From Utricularia gibba (taxonomy: Eukaryota; Plantae; Magnoliophyta): a DNA stretch of 64,000 bases. The position numbers were made by a program, and so were the translations under genes. Under the pieces are notes generated by a model. That model was not told the DNA's origin. It was given only the letters and a program-made list of their open reading frames with translations, and did no database searches. Below, in pieces: positions 15,014 to 24,599 of this stretch; within the stretch, counting starts at the first letter, position 1, and every line of letters begins with the position of its first letter. The DNA lies in assembly GCA_002189035.1 (NCBI GenBank), contig CM007992.1, forward strand, positions 868,001 to 932,000, given 5' to 3'.

Positions 15014-17456
15014 ATGGAATCTGTTTCAAATCATGCTCTGCAACTTCATTTTCAGAGGCTCCACAAGGATGCCTTTTGTATGCGCTTCTCTGATCGTGCT
15101 TCTTCACTGCCAATCTGTTTGAGCTTCGCAAAAGTGCCATCTTTCAGAAACGCCACACGGGTATCTGCGGTCGCGAAGAAGAAATCCCCAGAGGATGGAG
15201 CTGCGGAAGAGAAACCTGGAATCAGTGAAGACAATGGTGCGATGAGCCTATTTACCAAAGAATTTCAGTTACTGCCGCAGGTTAAAAACGCAAGATAGCA
15301 TTTTTGGCTAGTGGTTGCATTGTTCCGTACCCTTATTGAATGAGGGTTTTTTTTTTTTGAAAAGGGGGATTTTGATCCCGCCAACAGTCCTGAAGAGAAC
15401 AATGATACTACTACTTCTTCCGTTGCTGCCACCCTGGGAGGTGGAGCGCGGAGTGGGCTTTTTAGGACTCCTATTTCAGGAGGTGTACAAAGTGCGACCT
15501 CTGTTCATGGATTACCCAAACCAGCCTTAGCAGTCAGGAACTTAATGGAACAGGTGAATTTTTATGCATGAAAACAGTATGGTTTGTTGGCTGCTGGGGG
15601 CTAGAATTTCTGGTAGACCATCGTTCCTAACATTTTTTATGATTATCTTTGACACTGTGATGATGAAAGGCTAGGTATGCTCATCTTTGCACTGTGATGT
15701 CTCGAATGCACCATCGTCGAGAAGGCTATCCCTTTGGTTCCCTTGTAGATTTTGCACCAGATTATATGGGACGTAAGTGAATGAATCTCTCCATGTACCC
15801 GCCTTATTTTCTTTCTTTTAATATCTCAGTTCCTATGGGTCACCGACTCACCATACAGAAAAAAAATCGTTATTCTTGATCCTCACGTGTCTAGACACCT
15901 ACTTTTTAATGGAAATGGGAAGGTTGCACTCTTTATTGGGTTCATGGAGTAGTATCATCAATACCTTTTTGAATAGATGTTTCGTGTAATATGTTAATAG
16001 GGAAAGTTTACTTTTTAACTATCCCATGTTATGTATTTACGATGCATCTTGCATGCTTCCTAATGGATGATAAGTAGTCTCATCAATTTCTTTTGAAATA
16101 GTTGATGCCATCTTGTTTTATAAGCATCGATATTTACCTTTTTCAGACCCAATATTTTCATTTTCTCCGTTGGCTATACACACTAGAAACCTGTTGGCCG
16201 ATCCAAGATGCACATTGGTGGTGCAGGTTTGCTTTTTTTTTTTTCGGTTCTTTTCTCATTGTCATTACTGTTTATGGATTCTTAAGACCCGCGTATTAAT
16301 CAGATTCCTGGATGGAGTGGCTTGTCAAATGCTCGAGTTACAATATTTGGTGATGTGTATCCCCTTCCCGAAGAAGACCAGGTAGCGGCATTCTTAACTG
16401 ACTGTTTGTATTTCCATGTTGATCTCATATGCTGTATTTCCAAAAATTAATCTTTTAACTTGGAGCATGCGTATTTGAATGCTAGGAATGGGCTCATCAG
16501 CAATATATAGCAAAACACCATCAGGGTCCTTCTCAGCAATGGGGAAACTTTTACTACTTCAGAATGCAGAACATAAGGTATTCTTGCTTTCCCTTTGTTA
16601 AAGTAGAGGAGCAATAACCTGGACAGGCCTCATTTGGGTTTTAATTTTCATGATCATAATATCCAGTTCCATAAAAGAGAACATGCATCCTAAGCAGGAT
16701 CTAACTCCAGTAGCAATGAAAATAAAGTTGGGTGTTTGAACCTTTGTCTGTTTGGCTTTAAGTGTGTTCAGATTTTAGATTTTATTCATGCTTGTATATA
16801 GAAGTGTGCTCATATTGAAAACAAAGGCAAGGTATCCTTTTTAGAAAATATGGACAATCTGAATCTCTTCAAAACACTGCCTGGATGTGATTTAAGAAGC
16901 CATAATTTTTCCCTGTTGCATTGCAGCGACATATATTTCATTGGAGGCTTTGGAACCGTAGCTTGGGTCAATGTCAAGGAGTACGAAACCCTTCAGCCAG
17001 ACAAAATTGCTGTTGATAGTGTTGAAAATAACCTGAAGGTTTTTAATCCTTTCCACCTCCTCAACCTTCTGCTATCCTTCCATTAAATTTTTTTGGCATT
17101 CTAAATTCCCACTGTACACGTTGTAGGAGCTAAACCTGATATTTTCAAAGCCTCTCAAGGGTCTTCTATCCAAGGAAGTCGAGGTTGATGATGCTGCTAT
17201 AATATCAATAGATAGCCGGGGAGTTGATATTCGTGTCCGGCAAGGCGCACAGGTGTTCAAAACAATGGCTGCTTGTGCCTGCCTGAATAATACACTAATC
17301 TTAAACTGATACTTGTGTTTCCTTGTTTTGTTTTGTTAGTTCAACATTCAGAGAATCCCTTTTGAAGCTGGACAATGTGTTGAAACGCTGGAGGAGGCCA
17401 AGAAAGCACTCTGGAAGCTACTGGATAATGGTCGAGTTAGGAATTTGCATACCTGA
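15014..17456 (+). CDS. Pyridoxamine 5'-phosphate oxidase-like / HugZ-like FMN-binding split-barrel protein, probably plastid, multi-exon
   Basis: Exons YAHLCTVMSRMHHRREGYPFGSLVDFAPD, PIFSFSPLAIHTRNLLADPRCTLVVQ, IYFIGGFGTVAWVNVKEYETLQPDKIA, FNIQRIPFE..AKKALWKLL..* (17454-17456). Confidence 0.88.
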
Positions 17457-18768
17457 AACACCAGCCATTCCCAGGTGAAAAAGAAGAAGAATAATAGAGA
17501 TGTAAATATACAGATTTTCCCTGTTAGCTAGTTATTTCCAGCTATGTTTTGAGTTGCTTTTGCGAAGGCAGGAGGATGCTAATTGCTATATGAGATGAGA
17601 ATTTGCACAATATGCATCCTTCTGAGTCAGTTCGTTACCTCTGCTTCAGCTTTCCCTTTTCTACGTGTATTTTTTAACTAAAAAACAGATTGGTGATCCA
17701 CCAAATGTTTCTAAATTTCTGTTTTTTTTTTTAAATAAAAAAAACATTTTTGAAGTGCTTTTCTAAAAACACATAGGTCGATTCACCGAAAGTTGTTTGC
17801 TTGTTTTGAGGGAGGCCATATAAAAGGACACTCGTGCTCAGTAGTCAATGAGCAAAACAACAAATAGGGCCACTTATCAAATCAAGAGCACTCTAAGGAT
17901 CCATGGTGGCTTTGTGTTAATCAAAAGTACGGTTTAGGTAGATTTATTCAAATGTCTGCACTCCACATAAACACAGATAGACCAAAGGAAAGCTGCATTG
18001 CGTTTGAGGAGCCTCCAGAGGATGAATCATCGGTGCACTTGAACAGAGCTGCGGGGATACAGATAGAATAAGATACTCCAAGGAGCAACTCAAAATAAAT
18101 TAATTGGTAAGTGGCAGAGCATGAGTAAATTATGCCTTAGGAGTACCAAATCACACAGTTGTATATCTCACTTGGCTCAATTTGATGAAAACTACAGTTC
18201 ATCACACACTAACAATAAACTTTGAACATAAGACATGATTTCATTGCCTCACAGATCAACATAACATTGGAAAGGAAAATGTGCCACAATTAAACACCAA
18301 CAAAGAACCACAGATCTCAACTCCATCCCATCAAAATACATGGCATCATTATTAAGCTGTAGTTAAAGAATGCTAGTAGCTAAGGAGCTGATTTGATTAG
18401 TGAATTTCAAGAAATCATTCCATAGCCAAGGGATAGTTGTCATAACAATAAGAAATACAACACAGCTCCATTTTACTACGGGCATATTGTGTCAAAATGT
18501 TTTCACCATTTTTGTGTTCTTGTATATGTTGCTAAGCGTGGCAATCTATATCAAAAGGAGGCTGAAGTGAATTATGCTGGCGACTAATGCCTATGAGGGA
18601 ATCACAGCAAAAAATCAAACAAGATCCCCTAGTTTTGATCCCTAGAAAAAAATGGATTCAATGAGAGTCGAGGGATGAATATAGAGAAACAAAAGAATAT
18701 GACAAATCAACAAAAATGCAACAAAACCCAATAAAAATAGACGAGATCTTGCAGATACCTTTGCAGAA

Positions 18769-19035
18769 TCAATGACCACCACCGTGCTGTTGCTGATGCG
18801 CAAGATGCCGGCGCTCTTCAGGGAGGGCGACGAGATAAGATAACGCCATCCCACCAAAGCAGATGTGATAAAGAGGATCAGCGGAGCCGGTTTCAATGTA
18901 CTTCGCGTGGTAAGCATCAAGCCCACGCTTCCCAGCGTTCTTCAGGTAATTGATTGTGAACATAGGCTTCAAGTGCGCAGGCAAATCCCTAACCTTCAAC
19001 GCTCTTATCTCGTTGTAGAAGCCCCTCAGCGCCAT
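18769..19035 (-). CDS. ATP17: Mitochondrial ATP synthase subunit f (plant Fb15-like protein), single coding exon
   Basis: 88-aa ORF MALRGFYNEIRALKVRDLP..YHAKYIETGSADPLYHICFGGMALSYLVALPEERRHL; matches the plant subunit f family as recalled. Confidence 0.88.
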   Translation of the reverse strand: MALRGFYNEIRALKVRDLPAHLKPMFTINYLKNAGKRGLDAYHAKYIETGSADPLYHICFGGMALSYLVALPEERRHLAHQQQHGGGH

Positions 19036-19112
19036 CTTCCTTCACCTTCCTCCGATTTCGACTTCCCAATTCCCCTTTTCTCGATTGGAAATCGGAACGT
19101 ATCTCCTCTATT

Positions 19113-19212
19113 TGGGCTCGCCGAAATAATGGGCCTGAGGCCCATATTCAACATGACTCCTATATATTTCGAAGACGCCCTAGTACCACCCCGTCATTGC
19201 TTAGAACCCTAG
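19113..19212. promoter_or_regulatory. Bidirectional promoter core: three site II elements, TATA box and telobox-like motif
   Basis: TGGGCT 19113-19118, TGGGCC 19130-19135, GGCCCA 19139-19144, TATATAT 19161-19167, AACCCTAG 19205-19212. Site II + TATA + telobox is the established arrangement for plant snoRNA and ribosome-biogenesis promoters. Confidence 0.7.
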
Positions 19213-19318
19213 CCTCTGTTTTCAGTTCTCCCGCGGCCGCTGTCGTTAGTTTCGCAATCTTTCCGGCGACTACTTAGCTCTTTTTCGTCTGAATTGCCTT
19301 CGAAAAAGGTGTTGTAAC

Positions 19319-19395
19319 GAGGCAGATGATGCACTTCATGTAGTTGAATGCTCTGAGCATAGTGACGCTCATCTAATAGGAAGATCTGATGCTTC
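19319..19395 (+). ncRNA. Box C/D snoRNA (candidate guide for a 25S rRNA uridine)
   Basis: Terminal stem GAGGCA/TGCTTC (6 pairs incl. one G-U), variant C box ATGATGC 19326-19332, D' CTGA 19353-19356, C' GTGACGC, D CTGA 19386-19389. ATAGGAAGA (19376-19384) is complementary to conserved LSU rRNA UCUUCCUAU. Confidence 0.7.
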
Positions 19396-19466
19396 TTCTT
19401 CTCTCTTGTTCGAGAGCTTTCACCGATTCTGGTCTTAAAACTCCACACTCTCACAAAGGTAACTTG

Positions 19467-19556
19467 GGATTCCATGGATGATGAGAACATATGCCATTAT
19501 ACAGTTATCCCTGTCTGATTATCTGCGATGAGATGCTGATGGCTGACATGGAATCC
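19467..19556 (+). ncRNA. snoR38Y: Box C/D snoRNA of the snR38/SNORD1 (plant snoR38Y) type
   Basis: Perfect 10-bp terminal stem GGATTCCATG/CATGGAATCC, C box ATGATGA 19478-19484, guide CAGTTATCCCTGT 19502-19514 (13/13 complementary to LSU rRNA ACAGGGAUAACUG), D' CTGA 19515-19518, C' GCGATGA, D CTGA 19543-19546. Confidence 0.93.
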
Positions 19557-19798
19557 TTGTTCCTATCCTTTCTGTTCGTCCTTCTCCCAGTTCTCCCAAT
19601 CTGATCATTCTTGGACTACGGACTTGTTCTTCGTAATTTATAATTAATATTAATTAAATCAGGTAAAATGTATTTAATAAATATAATATCTTAAAATATA
19701 TAAAATAAAATTAGTGTGATGAATAACAGAAATAATTATGTCATAGAAAACAAAAAAAATACTTTGGTTACTTGAAGTTTCTGAATTACTAATATAGC

Positions 19799-20167
19799 TG
19801 AAGTGACCTGTGTATACTTAGCACGTTATTGTCCGTTTTGAGTACTTAATTTTCATTGTTTTATGTTTTTCCCACATATCGTCCGATTTTTCGGCATTGT
19901 CCGTTTTGAGTACTCAATTTTCATTGTTTTATGTTTTTCCCACATATCGTCCGACTTTTCGGCGGGTCACTCATTCTCACATTATCCAGAACAAGCATGC
20001 TCAACTCTGGAGTTCCTGTAAAGTATCTTCTAATGTGCTGAGTAAAAGGTCTCGTGCTAGATTTACGTGATGTAACATCTTAATCCCATCATTTCCCTCG
20101 TCGATGATCGATGTGGGATTTGCGTAAGTCCCTTCTCCTCGACCTTTTCGCCGTGCGGATAGTCACA
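19799..20167 (-). mobile_element. Degenerate solo-LTR/fragment of a Cassandra-type TRIM retroelement with a 5S-rRNA-like core
   Basis: TG...CA ends; minus strand carries ATCCCACATCG, a 63-nt 5S-like block (19953-20015, ~44/64 identical by eye to the recalled plant 5S sequence, A-box- and C-box-like motifs) and CAAAACGGACAATAACGTGCTA resembling the Cassandra LTR 3' part. No target-site duplication found. Confidence 0.72.
19828..19963. repeat. 68-bp tandem duplication inside the LTR fragment
   Basis: Copies at 19828-19895 and 19896-19963 (attgtccgttttgagtact...ttcggc) differ at 2 positions. Confidence 0.95.
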
Positions 20168-20510
20168 TAACTATTGGTATAAATGGATATGATTGGATAG
20201 TTTATTTATTTCATATTTTTAAATAATTATGTAAGATGAATATCATGTAATTTTATAATTTAAATATTTTTATCATAAAAAATAATATATAATATATAAT
20301 TACATATTTTTAAATTATATTTTGAATATATTAATTTTTAAACTGAAATGTAATATAAATTGTGGATTAAAAAAAACCGGAAATAATTTATTGTGATTTT
20401 TTAAAATGTTAAAAAATTTGTAGAATAAAAGTATGTTGGCAATGGCGGATGGGTTACTGAAAGTGGTGTGTTCTTCCTCCTAATTCGTTTGACAACTTGG
20501 AGGAGGAACT

Positions 20511-23500
20511 ATGGGTTCAGATTCGAAAATGGTGCATTCACCGTTCGTCACGTTCGCCTCGATGCTGTCCCTTCTTTGTCTCTGCCCTCCGTTCGTTATT
20601 CTGCTGTAAGTTGTGGATTTTGTTGTTCCTAATGCAAGCTTACTCTGTTTCTCGCCCAAGTTTAGATTGCGCAATCCCCTCAGTGCATTAAACGAACCCT
20701 ATGCAGTTTTCTTAGAGTTGGGTTTCAGTGGGACAGATATATGTTGAGAAATGTAGAATAAATAGGCAAGAGATTCATTTTGTTTGTAAGCCGCAATCTA
20801 CGGCATTTGTTCAAGACAGTGGAAACGATACGAATTCGCATAGATTCTGCTCTTTGTGTGGAAGATTTCAATCCTCCTCGTACATGCTGTGAATAGAAAA
20901 GTTCAATCTTATGTTTTCAGATGGTACACAATGGTGCATGCTGATGGATCCGTGTCTCAGACGTGGTCATATCTAAGGGAGCATGGCCAGAATGGACTAA
21001 TTAACATCTGGCCACGGCCCACGGGAACTGCCCTGAAAATTATTGCCATTTATGCTGCATTTGAAGCTGCTCTGCAACTTTTGTTGCCGGGTAAAAGGGT
21101 TGAGGGGCCAATATCTCCTGCTGGAAATAGGCCTGTCTATAAGGTATTCCATCTGTGGTACTAATTTATGGGGGATTGATTCTTTGTTGCCTTGAAGGAG
21201 TTTGGGGTATCCAATTATCACTGCTTATACTTTATATTGAACCTTTTAATGGAAGGATAAATGATAATTGGTTCACTTTCCTTCAAATCTACGTACTGCA
21301 GGCCAACGGTGTTTTTGCTTATGCAGTAACAATGGTCACATACCTTAGCCTCTGGTGGTAAGATGTTTCTAGGAACAGGCATCGCGGAGACAAATTAGCT
21401 TATCATTATTTCTTTTTAAGACGTATAAGATTATCTGACTTTTGCTGTCTACTGACGATGTTGAGTTTTAAAAGTTGTTCAACAATTACTATTATCCATT
21501 CAAAAAATGTAGTTGATATGCGTAGCTCTAGTTTTTTGTCAGTAACTGTCACATTCTTTAGTAACATCTGTCTGGTGACAATGTGTGATTCTGGTTTACT
21601 CAGGTTTGGGATTTTCAACCCCAGTATCGTTTATGACCATCTTGGGGAGATATTCTCAGCTCTCATTTTTGGAAGCCTTATTTTTTGCATTTTCCTGCAC
21701 ATCAAGGTGGGATTTCAGGGAAAATGTTATGGTATACCTCAGTCTCTTTGTTGTTGATCTAAGTTGAAATGGCTCTTCATTTATTGTTTTCCCTGTTCAA
21801 GGGACATCTGGCACCATCATCATCTGACTCTGGGTCATCCGGAAATATTATCATTGACTTCTATTGGGTAAGAACAGCAATAGGACCTTCCCTTTGTTCT
21901 TTTTTACCAGTTATTAATTGTTTTACATTTTATGATATGTCTCATCAAATGGATTCTTTTTTAGCGTTCATGGATCGCTTAGCTGAAATTTGTGATGCAT
22001 GTCAAAGTGAGTCATTGATGACCATGGTTTTACAGGGGATGGAGTTGTATCCGCGTATTGGCAAGCACTTCGACATCAAAGTTTTCACTAACTGCAGGTT
22101 TGGCATGATGGCATGGGCTGTACTTGCTGTGACATACTGCATAAAACAGGTGCATTTAATTTAAGACTATGATACTAAGTGTATATTTTCTGTGGCCCGA
22201 TACTGACACTTTTCTTGTTTCATTTCAAACGAGTGCCTCTTCATTGTTCGTTGGTTGAGTTTTTACTTAATATTTCCTCCTAATTTTTCTTTTACTGCTA
22301 TTTTTATTATTTTCTGAACTAAGGTTTCAAAGTTCTTAGCAAGATGCTCTAAATGTTATGTTTGTGCAGTATGAAACATATGGTCATTTATCTGATTCGA
22401 TGCTGATAAACACCATATTAATGCTGGTGTATGTTACAAAATTTTTTTGGTGGGAAGCTGGATATTGGAATACAATGGATATTGCTCATGATCGAGGTGT
22501 CATTTCTGATTTGTTATTTACACCCTTTAAATGAGTTGTCAGATGGTATGTAATTGGGTACATTTTTGGATTTTTCAGCTGGCTTTTACATATGTTGGGG
22601 ATGTTTAGTTTGGGTCCCCTCTATTTATACATCTCCTGGAATGTACCTCGTTAATCACCCAGTGAATCTGGGATCTCAGGTACCTTGAAAGCTGCTTCGC
22701 TTATTAGCATATGTTGAAGCGATTGTTGCTTACTGCTTACGATCTTTTATGGCTTCACTCATGCAGCTTGCTCTGAGTATTCTCGCTGCTGGAATTCTGT
22801 GCATATACATAAACTATGACTGTGACAGGCAAAGACAAGAATTTCGCAGGACAAATGGAAAGTGCTTGGTTTGGGGAAAGGCTCCTTCAAAGGTAATAAA
22901 TAGTTTGGCCCTGAAAAACTGCCATGTTCAATGCCAGACTCATAGATGTCAGTCTGGAGGGTTCCCTAATTGTTAAAAAATTCATTCACTTCTTGAGACT
23001 TCTTTTATGTAGATCGTTGCATCGTACACAACCACCAGTGGTGAAACAAAAACCAGCCTTCTTCTTACATCTGGATGGTATGCGCATATTCTGCAAAAGT
23101 TGAATTCATGGAGCTGTGGTCTCTGCACTCTAAAATGGCCTGCTCATGGCTTTGTAGGTGGGGCTTAGCTCGTCACTTCCATTACGCACCCGAAATTCTT
23201 GGGGCCTTTTTCTGGACAGTGCCAGCACTATTCAACCATGTAAATTTTTCACAAGGAAGATCTTTTCTTTCCATGAAATCTCCTATCCCGGCTAATTTCA
23301 TGTTGCTCTGCTTGCAGGCTCTACCTTACTTTTACGTGGTGTTCCTCACCATACTCCTTTTTGACAGAGCAAAACGGGACGACGACCGGTGCAGATTGAA
23401 GTAACTGCAAACCATACCCATTGATATTGATCTACACTATTACTTCAGATCTTTTCTTGACACTAGTCCATGGCAGGTATGGCAAGTACTGGAAACTGTA

Positions 23501-23543
23501 TTGCGACAAGGTTCCTTCCCGGATCATCCCAGGAGTTTACTGA
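20511..23543 (+). CDS. DWF5: 7-dehydrocholesterol reductase (sterol delta-7 reductase), multi-exon
   Basis: MGSDSKMVHSPFVTFASMLSLL.., WYTMVHADGSV, GMELYPRIGKHFDIKVFTNCRFGMM, NYDCDRQRQEFRRTNGK, WGLARHFHY, RAKRDDDRC..YGKYWKLYCDKVPSRIIPGVY*. Confidence 0.96.
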
Positions 23544-24599
23544 GCCCTCATCCAGGTATTCATTCACTCAATGTGACTGTTCTGTAAGTCTTGATTCTGG
23601 GGCTCGTTCTTGTGGTTGTACTCTCCATTCCATTAGTGTGATTTCCAAAGCCCTGTGCCACCATTGCTTTACTGCAATGCACTCTGTTGTGTATCTGTGA
23701 AGAGCACAAAGCCACAACTCTTTATTCTGGAGTTACTCTGTTTGTATGCATATAAAGACAGTTTGAACTTTATTTCTAGACATCACAAACCAACATGTGC
23801 AGTATTTCTAGACATCACAATTCAGCATTTTTAGTTCGTAGAACTCACTCCACATGACACTTCCGACCATTGCAAATGTACATTTACCCGGTTTTTGGAG
23901 TAATCAGTCCAACTCATCTCGGGTTAATCCATTAAGTATAGCCTTGGGCACAAGTAGGAAATTGGTATAGAGTGAGTATGATTGACTCGTATTTGGAGTA
24001 TGAATCTTTGTTACATATTCTTTATGTTGTACGTGACACAAGTTATGATAAATATCGATTTGTGATACAAGTTATAAATATTGATTTAATATGTACACGA
24101 TGTTGGATGAGATTAACATTATTTAAGACATATGTGGTGCTATGTAAGTTGCAACATTATTTTTTTTCACAAGTTATAATATACATTCATTAGAATAAAA
24201 ATGATATTTTCATTTTGAATATTTAATTTGAATCAAATCGTAATATGAGTTGATTTTAAGTATCTAAATCGTTGACTTGTGACTCGACGAGTTATATTTT
24301 TTATTCTAACTCATCTAATTTGACTCATGATTCAACAAGTTCCAATTCTTGTCCAAGACTAATCAGTTATCCGAGTTAATCCGTATTCATACTCATTTGT
24401 AATCACTCAAGTTGAACCAAAGTGGAAAGAGAAAGGGGAGAGAGGGGAGCAGAAAATAGAGATGGGGGCAGGCCCATTTCGCTGGTCTATTTGTAATCTG
24501 GGCCGCGTGTTCGGCCTGCTGTCCGAAATAGCAGATGCTAGTTTCTCTTCCCCGCTCTCTTCTAACCTGTCACATGCTCTTGCATTTCTGTCCGTTGTG

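Noticed and set aside
20109-20119. Perfect snRNA USE (ATCCCACATCG) on the minus strand
   Set aside because: No correctly spaced TATA and no snRNA body downstream; the motif is typical of the LTR fragment it sits in.
23900-24390. MITE-like element downstream of DWF5
   Set aside because: Only an imperfect, gapped inverted repeat (23943-23965 vs 24342-24357) and no target-site duplication.
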